Of a stretch of 64,000 nt of DNA, positions 1-9,078 are shown in pieces; the stretch's first letter is position 1; the number at the start of each line of letters is the position of its first letter. Source of the stretch: an uncultured Gemmatimonadales bacterium (GTDB taxonomy: Bacteria; Gemmatimonadota; Gemmatimonadetes; Longimicrobiales; RSA9); NCBI GenBank assembly GCA_963783305.1, contig CAWAMW010000002.1:768001-832000 (forward strand), given 5' to 3'. The notes below the pieces were generated by a model. That model searched no databases. It was not told where the DNA came from and saw only the letters and a program-made list of their open reading frames with translations. Both the position numbers and the translations under genes were made by a program.

Positions 1-64
1 AGACGGGGGTTCTTGCGTTCCCCCACCCGCCTCGCTGGAACGCGTGATGCACGGCGGGAGCGGC

Positions 65-997
65 ATGGACCTGGACACGCAGGCTCGGGGCGAGATCCGC
101 ATCGGCATATCCGGCTGGCGCTACACCGGCTGGCGCGGTGAGTTCTACCCGGATGGCCTGCCGCAGCGGGCGGAGATGGAGTACGCCTGCAGTCGCTTTC
201 CGACCGTGGAGATCAACGGGACGTTCTACTCGCTCCAGCGGAAGGCATACTTCGAGAGGTGGGCGGCCAGCGTCGCCGACGACTTCATCTTTGCGGTGAA
301 GGGCAGCCGTTTCATCACCCACATGAAGCAGCTCAACGAACCGGAGCAGGCACTCTCGAACTTCTTCGGCCAGGGGCTCCTCGCGTTCGGTGACCACCTT
401 GGCCCGATCCTGTGGCAGTTCAGCGAGCGGTTTCGCTTCCGTCCGGAGCGGCTGGAGCCCTTCCTCGACCTGCTCCCGCCCGACCACGCCTCCGCCGCGC
501 GCCTCGCCCGGGAGCACGACCACCGCGTCAGGGATCCCTGCACGGAGCCCCGCGCAGAGCGCCCCATTCGCCACGCCATCGAGGTCCGTAACGACACGTT
601 CCTCGTGCCCGAGTTCGTGGACATGTGTCGCGACCGTGGCATGGCCGTCGTCGTCTCCCACAGCCCCGGCGTGTACCCCCTGATCGAGGAGCCCACGGCC
701 GACTTCATGTACCTCCGGCTGCACGGCGCCGAACGGATGTACTACGGCAGCTACGGCGATGAGGCGCTCGACGACTGGGCCGCTCGCATCAATGCCTGGT
801 CCTCGGGCGAGGAACCCGCCCACCCGGAGCGGATCACGAGCGACGAGCCCCCGGCGGCCACACCCCGCGACGTGTACGTCTACTTCGACAACGACGAGAA
901 GACGAAAGCCCCCTTCGACGCCCGCCGGCTCATGGAGCGCCTCGACCTCGCTGCCCCCTTCCCGCGCCCCGGCACCACCGACAGGATGCCCGAATGA
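65..997 (+). CDS. DUF72 (YecE/YunF-like) domain protein
   Basis: IRIGISGWRY..W...FYP, VEINGTFY, FAVKGSRFITH, GPILWQF, YLRLHG and VYVYFDND motifs. Start chosen at the ATG after GGGAG; ATG at 47 is also possible. Confidence 0.9.
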   Translation: MDLDTQARGEIRIGISGWRYTGWRGEFYPDGLPQRAEMEYACSRFPTVEINGTFYSLQRKAYFERWAASVADDFIFAVKGSRFITHMKQLNEPEQALSNFFGQGLLAFGDHLGPILWQFSERFRFRPERLEPFLDLLPPDHASAARLAREHDHRVRDPCTEPRAERPIRHAIEVRNDTFLVPEFVDMCRDRGMAVVVSHSPGVYPLIEEPTADFMYLRLHGAERMYYGSYGDEALDDWAARINAWSSGEEPAHPERITSDEPPAATPRDVYVYFDNDEKTKAPFDARRLMERLDLAAPFPRPGTTDRMPE

Positions 998-1027
998 CCG
1001 CCACGCCGTATTCTGCAGTACGCGGCT

Positions 1028-1061
1028 CCGTGAACCGTGACCGTGAACCGTGAACCGTGAA
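1028..1061. repeat. Heptamer tandem repeat (CCGTGAA)x5, one unit 6 bp
   Basis: ccgtgaa ccgtga ccgtgaa ccgtgaa ccgtgaa read directly in the intergenic region. Confidence 0.9.
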
Positions 1062-1085
1062 CGGCGGCGCAGCCGCCAGGATGTC

Positions 1086-1535
1086 ATGACCGACCTGACG
1101 ATCTACCTCGCCGGCGAGATCCACTCCCCGTGGCGCGACGAGCTCCGGGATCTCCTCGAAGCCCATGGGATCCCCGCCGACATCGAGTGGGTGGGCCCTC
1201 AGGAGGTCCACGAGCGCTCCGATGACATCGGCGAGGCCATCCTCGGGGAGCAGCCGAACCAGCGCTATCGCGACCTCCTGGGCGGGAAGGTGAACAACCT
1301 CCGCAGGCGCATTCAGATGAACCGGGCCGACCTCGCCGTCGCCTACTTCGGGCCCGAGTACAAACAGTGGAATACCGCGGCGGATGCCGGGGCGGCGGCG
1401 GCCATGGACATCCCGCTCATCCTGGTCCGTGACATGGCGCACCTGCACGCGCTCAAGGACCTGGACGCGTTCGCGGCCGTGACCGTCGAGACGCTGGAGC
1501 AGGCGGCGGCCGTGATCGCCTACATGTTCGAGTAG
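1086..1535 (+). CDS. YtoQ family protein (nucleoside deoxyribosyltransferase-like fold)
   Basis: IYLAGEIHSPWR, HERSDDIGEAILG and FGPEYKQWNTAADAG motifs; AGGA RBS before ATG 1086. Confidence 0.8.
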   Translation: MTDLTIYLAGEIHSPWRDELRDLLEAHGIPADIEWVGPQEVHERSDDIGEAILGEQPNQRYRDLLGGKVNNLRRRIQMNRADLAVAYFGPEYKQWNTAADAGAAAAMDIPLILVRDMAHLHALKDLDAFAAVTVETLEQAAAVIAYMFE

Positions 1536-1587
1536 TACGCCCGGAACCCTTGCGTCCGACCAGGCCACCAGTCAGCTTGGCCAGCCT

Positions 1588-1905
1588 ATGAGCAATCCAA
1601 GGATCGACAGTCTCCGGCGCATGCTGGAGAAGCACCCCGAAGACGCACGGCTCCGCTTCGGCCTCGCCCTCGAGTACGAGAAGCTGCAGCTGTGGGAGGA
1701 CGTGGCCGAGCAGCTCCAGCACTACCTCGCCCTCACCGAGGACGAAGGGAACGCCTGGGGCCGGCTCGGCACAGCGCTGCGGCACCTGGACCGCGATCCG
1801 GAAGCGCGGGACGCCTACCTCAAGGGGATCGACGCCGCCCGGCGCCACCACCACCCCACCATGGCCGCCGAGTTCGAGGAAGTCCTCGCCGACTGGGACG
1901 ACTGA
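1588..1905 (+). CDS. Small tetratricopeptide-repeat protein
   Basis: LRFGLALEY and AWGRLGTAL..EARDAYLKGI TPR-like helices. Confidence 0.8.
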   Translation: MSNPRIDSLRRMLEKHPEDARLRFGLALEYEKLQLWEDVAEQLQHYLALTEDEGNAWGRLGTALRHLDRDPEARDAYLKGIDAARRHHHPTMAAEFEEVLADWDD

Positions 1906-1909
1906 GCGC

Positions 1910-2512
1910 TCAGTCCAGCAGCGAGGTCTGCCCGCCCACCGCCGGAACCTCGTGGCAGGCCCGACACCGCGCCTCGTAACTCTCCAACCCCCCCACCTGA
2001 ATCGTCGGACCCTCCGCCGGCGCAGGCCTGCCATCGATCAGCCGCTGGTTACGCGTGGCCAGCTCCCCGCACTTCACGCAGATCGCCGTCAGCTTGTCCA
2101 CCACCTCCGCCACGCTCAGCAGCGGACCGATCGGGCCGAACGGCTCACCCCGGAAGTCCATATCCGTACCCGCCGCGATCACACGCACCCCGCGATCCGC
2201 CAGCGCGTTCACCACTCGCACCACACCATCATCCAGGAACTGGATCTCGTCGATCGCCACCACCTCCGTCTCCGGCCGCACCGCCGACATCAACTCCCCC
2301 GATGTCGATACCATCAGCGCCGGCAACCGCCCCTCATCGTGCGAGACGACTTCCCGGATCCCATACCGGTCGTCCAGCTGCGACTTGAAGACCTGCACCC
2401 GCTTCTTCGCCAGCGTGGCACGACGAACGCGACGCATCAGCTCCTCCGACTTGCCGCTGAACATCACCCCACTGATGATCTCGATCCAGCCCGTTCTGCT
2501 CGTGTTCCTCAT
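1910..2512 (-). CDS. tdk: Thymidine kinase
   Basis: GVMFSGKSEEL P-loop, IDEIQF, DMDFRGEPFG, zinc site CVKC...YEARCRAC. Confidence 0.95.
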   Translation of the reverse strand: MRNTSRTGWIEIISGVMFSGKSEELMRRVRRATLAKKRVQVFKSQLDDRYGIREVVSHDEGRLPALMVSTSGELMSAVRPETEVVAIDEIQFLDDGVVRVVNALADRGVRVIAAGTDMDFRGEPFGPIGPLLSVAEVVDKLTAICVKCGELATRNQRLIDGRPAPAEGPTIQVGGLESYEARCRACHEVPAVGGQTSLLD

Positions 2513-2611
2513 GGCGCGCCAACCTACCCTCAGCGACCGCGTCCGTCCACCCGCCCCGGCACGCGTCTTGAACACCTTCACACCCTCTTTCACTACCACC
2601 CGGAGATCCCC

Positions 2612-2842
2612 ATGCCAAAGCCCGATTCCGTCACCATCCTCGCCAAGGAAAACGGTCCCTACCTCGTCACCGGCCCCGTCTCACTCACCGACGTTGATGG
2701 CCACAGCTACGACATCGCCGACAAGAAGACCGTAGCCCTCTGCCAATGCGGCGGCTCCACCAAAAAACCCTTCTGCGACGGCACCCACTCCCGCATCGGC
2801 TTCGAAGCCGCCGAACGCGCCGTCTCCAACTCCGACCGCTGA
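2612..2842 (+). CDS. CDGSH iron-sulfur domain protein (76 aa)
   Basis: ENGPYLV...ALCQCGGSTKKPFCDGTH; GGAG RBS; it is the C-terminal part of listed ORF 1952..2842. Confidence 0.9.
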   Translation: MPKPDSVTILAKENGPYLVTGPVSLTDVDGHSYDIADKKTVALCQCGGSTKKPFCDGTHSRIGFEAAERAVSNSDR

Positions 2843-2855
2843 CCGCTTCCCCCTC

Positions 2856-3064
2856 GCGAGGCCCAGCCGAGCCACCCTGCGAGGCAAAGCCGAGCCACCC
2901 TGCGAGGCCCAGCCGAGCCACCCTGCGAGGCATAGCCGAGCCACCCTGCGAGGCCCAGCCGAGCCACCCTGCGAGGCATAGCCGAGCCACCCTGCGAGGC
3001 CCAGCCGAGCCACCCTGCGAGGCCATAAGCCGAGCCACCCTGCGAGGCAAAGCCGAGCCACCCT
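2856..3064. repeat. Tandem array of nine 23-bp units GCGAGGC-NN-AGCCGAGCCACCCT
   Basis: Units start at 2856, 2879, 2902, 2925, 2948, 2971, 2994, 3017 (25 bp) and 3042. Variable core: CC, AA, CC, AT, CC, AT, CC, CATA, AA. Confidence 0.95.
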
Positions 3065-3127
3065 CGTAGGGAATCCCCCCACAACCCACCCCCCTCCATT
3101 TCAGCCATCTCCCCACAGACGCCCACC

Positions 3128-3165
3128 CCTATAACGCATATTCTTATGAGGAAATCAGGATAACG
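3128..3165 (+). promoter_or_regulatory. AT-rich putative promoter/Rrf2 operator upstream of the nirK cluster
   Basis: AT-rich patch CTATAACGCATATTCTTATGAGGAAAT with a CATA-N4-TATG dyad immediately upstream of the Rrf2 gene. Confidence 0.35.
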
Positions 3166-3179
3166 CCACCGGAGATACC

Positions 3180-3620
3180 ATGACCCTCTCGCAAACCGCC
3201 GAACACGCGCTCCGCGCCGTCCTCTTCCTGGCCCGACAGCCGGAAGGGACGCGGGTGCCCGCCGAGGCGATCGCCAAGGCTCTTGGCGCCCCCCGGAACT
3301 ACCTCTCCAAGACGCTGGGTCTGCTGGCGCGCGGGGGACTTATCACGGGTGCGCGGGGGCCCACGGGCGGGTTCCGCCTCGAGCGGTCGCCCCACGACGT
3401 GACGCTCGCGGAGGTGGTGGAGCTGTTCGAGGAGCCGGTCGGCACGACCAGGGTGTGCCTGGAAGGAGGTCGGGCGTGCAGCAGTGAGTCGCCGTGCACC
3501 GCCCACGCCCGCTGGCTGGAGGTCCGGCGCGCCGCCCGTGCGCCGATGGAGGAGACAGTGATAGCGGACCTGCTGGGATCCCCGGCGCGGGAGACCCGGA
3601 GTGGGGAGGCCGCGGCATGA
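3180..3620 (+). CDS. Rrf2 family transcriptional regulator (NsrR/IscR-like, three Cys)
   Basis: [27 protein letters not shown] and C-terminal C-x6-C-x5-C-x2-H. Confidence 0.92.
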   Translation: MTLSQTAEHALRAVLFLARQPEGTRVPAEAIAKALGAPRNYLSKTLGLLARGGLITGARGPTGGFRLERSPHDVTLAEVVELFEEPVGTTRVCLEGGRACSSESPCTAHARWLEVRRAARAPMEETVIADLLGSPARETRSGEAAA

Positions 3621-3670
3621 AGCCCGGCACAAACGACAACGAGTCGCAATCAGATAAGAGGAGCAGGGAA

Positions 3671-4792
3671 ATGAGCAGCATGAAGGCAGTGAAGGCACGC
3701 TGGATAGCGCTGGGAGCGGGTGGGGCGATTCTCGCCACGTCCGCGGTGGCGTTCAGCCTGTCGAGCCCCACGCGGTCGACGATGGACGCGGCGGTCCCGC
3801 CCACGCCGGAGGCGGAGGAGATCGTGGGTGTGGAGCAGGCCGAGCTGTTGGCCCCGCCCTTCGTGCCGGCGCCCATCACACGGAAGCACGCCACGAAGGT
3901 GATCGTGGACCTCGAGGTGATCGAGAAGCCCATGACGCTGGCGAACGGAGTCGAGTACACGATGTGGACGTTCGGCGGCACGGTGCCGGGCAAATTCATC
4001 CGCGTCCGTGAGGGCGACCAGGTGGAGTTCCACCTCAAGAACCACCACTCCAGCGACATGCCGCACAACATCGACCTGCACGCGGTCACGGGCCCGGGCG
4101 GTGGAGCCAAGGCGTCTCTGACGATGCCGGGGAACGAGACGGTGTTCGAGTTCACGGCGCTGAATCCCGGCCTCTACGTCTATCACTGCGCCACCGCGCC
4201 CGTGGGGATCCACATCGCCAACGGCATGTACGGGATGATCCTGGTGGAGCCGAAGGAGGGCCTGCCGCCGGTCGACCGTGAGTATTACGTAATGCAGGGT
4301 GAGTTCTACACCAAGGGCGGGTACATGGAGAAGGGCCTGCAGCCGTTCGACATGGAGAAGGCCATGGACGAGAACCCGGACTACGTGGTGTTCAACGGCG
4401 CCGTCGGCTCGCTGACGGGCGAGAACGCGCTGAAGGCGGAGAAGGGCGAGACGGTTCGGCTGTTCGTCGGCAACGGCGGCCCCAACCTGACCAGCTCCTT
4501 CCACGTGATCGGTGAGATCTTCGACAACGTCTATGCCGAGGGCGGCACCATGGTCAGCCACAACATCCAGACGACGTCGATCCCCGCCGGCGGCGCGGCC
4601 ATCACCGAGTACCGCGTGGAGGTCCCGGGCGAGCTGATCCTGGTCGACCACGCGATCTTCCGGGCCTTCAACAAGGGCGCGCTGGGTATGATGGAGGTCA
4701 CTGGTGAGCAGGACATGGCGATCTTCAGCGGCCAGAAGACGAACCAGCCCTACGAGGCGACCACCCCCGCCGTCGCGGACGACGAAGAGTAG
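3671..4792 (+). CDS. nirK: Copper-containing nitrite reductase (AniA/NirK type)
   Basis: [37 protein letters not shown] and [12 protein letters not shown] copper motifs; signal peptide. Alternative start at 3617 (ATGA overlap with Rrf2 stop). Confidence 0.95.
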   Translation: MSSMKAVKARWIALGAGGAILATSAVAFSLSSPTRSTMDAAVPPTPEAEEIVGVEQAELLAPPFVPAPITRKHATKVIVDLEVIEKPMTLANGVEYTMWTFGGTVPGKFIRVREGDQVEFHLKNHHSSDMPHNIDLHAVTGPGGGAKASLTMPGNETVFEFTALNPGLYVYHCATAPVGIHIANGMYGMILVEPKEGLPPVDREYYVMQGEFYTKGGYMEKGLQPFDMEKAMDENPDYVVFNGAVGSLTGENALKAEKGETVRLFVGNGGPNLTSSFHVIGEIFDNVYAEGGTMVSHNIQTTSIPAGGAAITEYRVEVPGELILVDHAIFRAFNKGALGMMEVTGEQDMAIFSGQKTNQPYEATTPAVADDEE

Positions 4793-4807
4793 GGGACGGA
4801 AGCCACC

Positions 4808-5569
4808 ATGCTGCGTCGACTCGTCACGCTCGCGCTGCTCCTCCCCCTTCCCCTCGCCGCTCAGGCGGGGGGAAGGGGGATGGTGGTGGTGCCGGCGGGG
4901 CGCTACATGCCCCTCTACGCGCCGGACACCACAGCCGTGCATGTCGAGTCGTTCCGAATGGACCGGTATCCGGTCACCCGCGGTGATTTCGCCAGCTTCG
5001 TCGCGTCCAATCCGCGGTGGCGGCGCGGCCAGGTGAAGCCGGTTTTCGCCGATCGCCGCTACCTCGTAGACTGGAAGGACGACGTCACCCCAGGCGACCG
5101 ACCGGATGCACCGGTCACCAACGTCTCCTGGTTCGCGGCACGCGCCTACTGCGGCTCGCAGGGCCGGCGGCTCCCCACGGTGGACGAGTGGGAGTACGCG
5201 GCCCGGGCCGACGAGACCCGCGCTGACGCCATGAGCGACCCGGCCCACAAGGCGCGGGTCCTCGAGCTGTACACGCAGCGGCCCAAGACACCGCCCGCGG
5301 TCGGCGCCACCTTCACCAACACGTACGGGATCCACGATATGCACGGCCTGGTCTGGGAATGGATCCGGGACTTCAACACCGTCACGGTCGGTACAGACTC
5401 GCGCGGCACCGGCCAGCGCGACAACCAGCTCTACTGCGCCGCCGGGGCCGAGGGCGCCACGGACACGGGCAACTACGCCGCGTTCCTGCGCTATGCCTTC
5501 CGCGCCAGCCTCCAGGGTCGCTCCACGTCGGCAGCCCTCGGGTTCCGCTGCGCCCTGGACGCGCCATGA
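4808..5569 (+). CDS. Formylglycine-generating-enzyme (SUMF1) family protein, NirV-like
   Basis: PVTNVSWFAARAYC, RLPTVDEWEYAA, YGIHDMHGLVWEW, LGFRCA; signal peptide; lies directly after nirK. Confidence 0.85.
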   Translation: MLRRLVTLALLLPLPLAAQAGGRGMVVVPAGRYMPLYAPDTTAVHVESFRMDRYPVTRGDFASFVASNPRWRRGQVKPVFADRRYLVDWKDDVTPGDRPDAPVTNVSWFAARAYCGSQGRRLPTVDEWEYAARADETRADAMSDPAHKARVLELYTQRPKTPPAVGATFTNTYGIHDMHGLVWEWIRDFNTVTVGTDSRGTGQRDNQLYCAAGAEGATDTGNYAAFLRYAFRASLQGRSTSAALGFRCALDAP

Positions 5570-6324
5570 GGGCGGCGCCACGCGGGCGGTCGGACACCCG
5601 CCGCCGGAGCGTCGTGATCGCCCGGCTGCTCTGGGTCGCCCTGGCCGTCATGATGCTGGTGCTCGCCGCCTGCGGCCCGTCCGACGCCGACGCCCGTGAT
5701 CCAGCCGCCGACCCCTCGACGATGGAGGACGCGTCGATGGAGGCAGGGCACAGGGGAGAGGACGGTTCGGATCACGCGGGAATGGACCACAGCGCGATGA
5801 AGCACCGCGACATCGGCGCCACCGAGCCCACCGACTTCTCCATCTATCACGCCGAATCGGTCTGGACCGACCAGACGAGCGCGGAGCGTCAGCTCGAGTC
5901 CCTGGCGGGCCGGGTGCAGGTCGTCGCGATGCTTTACACGAGCTGCGCCTACGCCTGCCCCCGTATCATGCTGGACATGAAGCGGATCGAGGGGGAGCTC
6001 GGTGCAGCGCTGAGCGACGACGTCGGCTTCGTCGTCGTATCCATCGATCCCGATCGCGACACGCCCGAGCGCCTGACCGAGTTCGCTTCCGGCAGCATGC
6101 TGGACCCGGATGCGTGGACGCTCCTGACCGGCGCGGAGGGCGACATCCTGGAGCTGGCCGCCCTCCTGGGGGTCCAGTACCGGGAGACGGAGCCCGGGGA
6201 GTGGGTCCACAGCAATGTCATCACGGTGCTGGATCAGGAGGGCGTGGTGGCCCACCGACAGCTCGGCCTCGGCTCCGACCCCGCCGAGACCCTCGACGTC
6301 ATCCGAAAGCTCGCGGCTCGCTAG
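5566..6324 (+). CDS. SCO1/SenC family copper chaperone lipoprotein
   Basis: YTSCAYACP (CxxxC), SIDPDRDTPE, HSN; LAAC lipobox; His/Met-rich linker; ATGA overlap with upstream stop. Confidence 0.9.
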   Translation: MRAAPRGRSDTRRRSVVIARLLWVALAVMMLVLAACGPSDADARDPAADPSTMEDASMEAGHRGEDGSDHAGMDHSAMKHRDIGATEPTDFSIYHAESVWTDQTSAERQLESLAGRVQVVAMLYTSCAYACPRIMLDMKRIEGELGAALSDDVGFVVVSIDPDRDTPERLTEFASGSMLDPDAWTLLTGAEGDILELAALLGVQYRETEPGEWVHSNVITVLDQEGVVAHRQLGLGSDPAETLDVIRKLAAR

Positions 6325-6422
6325 CCGGAACCGCGAGGCATGAGCCGTGCGAACCTGCCGGCACCCGGCGGTCACAATCCGTGCGGGCAGGACGTTGTGA
6401 TGGTGAACGATCACCGAACGGT

Positions 6423-7280
6423 ATGCCTATTCGCGCTCTCCATGCTCCCCGCGCTTTCTTCTTCGCCGCGCTCGCACTCGCGCTGACGGGCGCGGTGCCG
6501 GTCGCCCTGCCGGCGCAGAGCATCGTGGGGACCGTGGTCGACCACGAGTCCGGTGGTGTACTCGAAGGGGTCGAGCTCCGCTTGCTGGACACCGCCGACT
6601 CCGTCCTGGTCGTGACCCGCTCGGGCGCGGAAGGCGGGTTTAGGCTGCTCGCGCCGTCGCGCGGTGAGTGGCGGATCGCCGCCGAGCTCCTCGGCTACAG
6701 CCGCACCCTCTCCGATCCCATCACTCTCGACCATGACCGTGTGGTCGACGTACAGATCCGGATGGCGATCGAGCCCGTCCCCATCGAGGAGCCGCTGGTC
6801 GTCGTGGGCGAGGTGACGTACCTCAACCCCGACATCCAGGGGTTCCACAGGCGCCGTAAGGAGTCGGCCGGCAATGGCACGTTCCTCTTCGGCGAGATCA
6901 TCGAGCGCCGCGCCGGCACCCGCCCCACCGACCTCATCCGGTCGGTCGCCGGGCTGCGGCTCATGCGGCAGCCGAGTGGCCAGGGCCAGTTGATCCACAT
7001 GCGCAACGGCTGCGTCCCGGCGGTGTTCATCGACGGCGCCCAGATCAACCGCTATCAATCCTCCGAGTCCGTCGACGACTATGTGGTCTCCGAGAACATT
7101 GAGGGGATCGAGGTCTATCGCGGAACCCAGACCGCCGGCCGCTTCTACGACCGGCACGGCTGCGGCCTGGTCCTCATCTGGACCCGGCGCGGCACCGCCG
7201 TGCCCACCGCGACGAAGTTCGACGTCAAGCGCGTCTTCGTCTTCATCGGGCTGCTGGCGGGGTTCTTCGTCCTGCGCTAG
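6423..7280 (+). CDS. Secreted carboxypeptidase-regulatory-like domain plus TonB-plug-like domain protein with C-terminal hydrophobic tail
   Basis: Signal peptide, [46 protein letters not shown]. Confidence 0.7.
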   Translation: MPIRALHAPRAFFFAALALALTGAVPVALPAQSIVGTVVDHESGGVLEGVELRLLDTADSVLVVTRSGAEGGFRLLAPSRGEWRIAAELLGYSRTLSDPITLDHDRVVDVQIRMAIEPVPIEEPLVVVGEVTYLNPDIQGFHRRRKESAGNGTFLFGEIIERRAGTRPTDLIRSVAGLRLMRQPSGQGQLIHMRNGCVPAVFIDGAQINRYQSSESVDDYVVSENIEGIEVYRGTQTAGRFYDRHGCGLVLIWTRRGTAVPTATKFDVKRVFVFIGLLAGFFVLR

Positions 7281-7378
7281 CCGCTGCGGCCGCAGCTCCG
7301 GCGGCCACTGGCCCTTTCGGCGGCAACGCGGCCTTCACACATTCAGAACCACACTGCCCATCGTCCCGGAGCGAGATC

Positions 7379-7585
7379 ATGTCCGACCACGTGTACAAGA
7401 AGGTAGAGCTCACCGGCTCCTCCACCCAGAGCATCGAGGACGCCATCGACAAGGCCATCTCCAAGGCCTCCGCCACGATGCACAATCTGCGCTGGTTCGA
7501 GGTGGGTGAGATTCGGGGCCACATCGAGAACGGCTCCATCTCGCACTACCAGGTTACCATCAAGATCGGGTTCACCGTGGACTGA
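7379..7585 (+). CDS. Dodecin (flavin-binding)
   Basis: [19 protein letters not shown]...[27 protein letters not shown]. Confidence 0.95.
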   Translation: MSDHVYKKVELTGSSTQSIEDAIDKAISKASATMHNLRWFEVGEIRGHIENGSISHYQVTIKIGFTVD

Positions 7586-7588
7586 TCG

Positions 7589-8050
7589 ATGGTGCACTCC
7601 GACCCCCACGGCTCCGACCCGTCCGCCGCCCAGGCGCTCCTCGCCTTCAGGATCATCGGCGCCAGCCTGGGCCTCGGTGTAACGCTCTTCGCCTTCGTCA
7701 GCTGGTTCCTCCACCAGCAAGGTGGACCGGCCAGGGCCGCACCGGACCCCGACCTCATGGCCAGCCTGGTCGTCGCGCTGGCGACAGCGGCCATCCTCAC
7801 GGCGATCCTCTTCTGGCGCGCCCGAGTCGCGCCGCTCATCGAGCGGGAAGCCGCGCGTCCAGAGGAATCCCGGACGGGGGACATCCAGACGAATGTGGTG
7901 ATTGTCTGGGCGCTCCTGGAAGCCCCAGCCCTGTTCGCCGTGGTCCTCTACTTCATGTACGGGAACGTTCTTGCCGGCGCCCTCGGAGTGGCGCTCATCT
8001 GGGCGGCGCTCGCCGCGACGTGGCCGCGCGAGGAGTGGTTCGGTACCTGA
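7589..8050 (+). CDS. Hypothetical membrane protein (about 4 TM)
   Basis: Four hydrophobic stretches; GC-biased codon usage; 3 bp after dodecin. Confidence 0.7.
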   Translation: MVHSDPHGSDPSAAQALLAFRIIGASLGLGVTLFAFVSWFLHQQGGPARAAPDPDLMASLVVALATAAILTAILFWRARVAPLIEREAARPEESRTGDIQTNVVIVWALLEAPALFAVVLYFMYGNVLAGALGVALIWAALAATWPREEWFGT

Positions 8051-8064
8051 GCCCGGCCGTGGTC

Positions 8065-8955
8065 TCAGCCGGCGAGCCGCTCCAGCAGCTCGCGCATTCG
8101 CACGTCCCACGGGTCCGCAGAGGCATCCTCGCCGTCGATCTCAGGCTCCGCCTGCGGCGTCTCCAGGATCAACGGGATACCGCGGCTCCTCGGGTCCGAC
8201 AGCAGCCATTCGAACGCCTCCGCGCCGATCTCGCCCTCCCCGATCAGCGCGTGGCGGTCCTTGTTGCTACCCATGGGAAACTGGCTGTCGTTCAGGTGGT
8301 AGAAGCTCGGCGGCTCCCCAGTCGCCTCCTCCCACTCGTCGAGCACCCCCACGAGCCGCTCCCGCGATTCAGAAAGGTCGTAACCGGCGCTGAAGAGGTG
8401 GCAGGTGTCCAGTCCGTACCCCGTTCGCGGCCGCAGCGATGGGGGAACTCCTTTCAGGATCGTCGCCACCTCCTCGGCCGTGCGGCCCACCGTCGCCCCC
8501 GCCCCCGCCGTGTTCTCCACCCACACCTTCGTCTCCGTCTCCACTGACTCCAGCGCACCCACGATCGCCGCCGACACGTGCCTCAGCGCGGGCGCCACCT
8601 CGCCCTTCCCGGCGCTGCCCGGGTGGAAGCACACCCCGCCCGCCCCGATCTCCGCCGACCGCTCCAGCTCCTTGGCGAGCCCCGCGTGCGCACGGCCTCG
8701 CTTGCCCTCGTCCTGGTTCGCGGTATTCAGCACGTACGCAGCATGCACGACGACGTTCCTGCCGTCCATGCCGGTCTCCGAGAGAGCCCTCCGGAACCGC
8801 TCCACCCGCTCCTCGCTGATCCCCGACTTGTCGCCGTAGAACTTCGGGATGGCCGTAAAGACCTGAACCGCATCAAGGCCGGCCGCGTGGGCGCGATAGA
8901 CGGCCATTTCGATGCCGCCGTTGCTGATCGTGTGGGAACCGAAGATGTGGGTCAT
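8065..8955 (-). CDS. nfo: Endonuclease IV
   Basis: FGSH, VHAAYVLN, FHPGS, VENTAG, LDTCHLFSAGYD, HLNDS...KDRH..IGEG, ILETP. Confidence 0.93.
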   Translation of the reverse strand: MTHIFGSHTISNGGIEMAVYRAHAAGLDAVQVFTAIPKFYGDKSGISEERVERFRRALSETGMDGRNVVVHAAYVLNTANQDEGKRGRAHAGLAKELERSAEIGAGGVCFHPGSAGKGEVAPALRHVSAAIVGALESVETETKVWVENTAGAGATVGRTAEEVATILKGVPPSLRPRTGYGLDTCHLFSAGYDLSESRERLVGVLDEWEEATGEPPSFYHLNDSQFPMGSNKDRHALIGEGEIGAEAFEWLLSDPRSRGIPLILETPQAEPEIDGEDASADPWDVRMRELLERLAG

Positions 8956-9078
8956 GCGAATCGGGATTCGGAAGTCGGGTTTGAGCCTGGCACGGGCGCC
9001 GCCAGAGACCTGTCGGCGCCCCTCGAGCGCACCCCAACCTCGCCGGGCGACGGGATGGCTGCAAGCCACCCCCGGCGG

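Noticed and set aside
2856..3064. CRISPR array
   Set aside because: Only 2-4 variable bases between repeats, no unique spacers and no cas genes in the window.
2681..3126. Repetitive ORFs spanning the 23-bp array
   Set aside because: Open in several frames only because the repeat lacks stops; no RBS; overlap the CDGSH gene.
3650..5581. Long antisense ORFs (also 53013-55412, 32816-35083, 48178-50094)
   Set aside because: Shadow frames of real high-GC genes, with no motifs.
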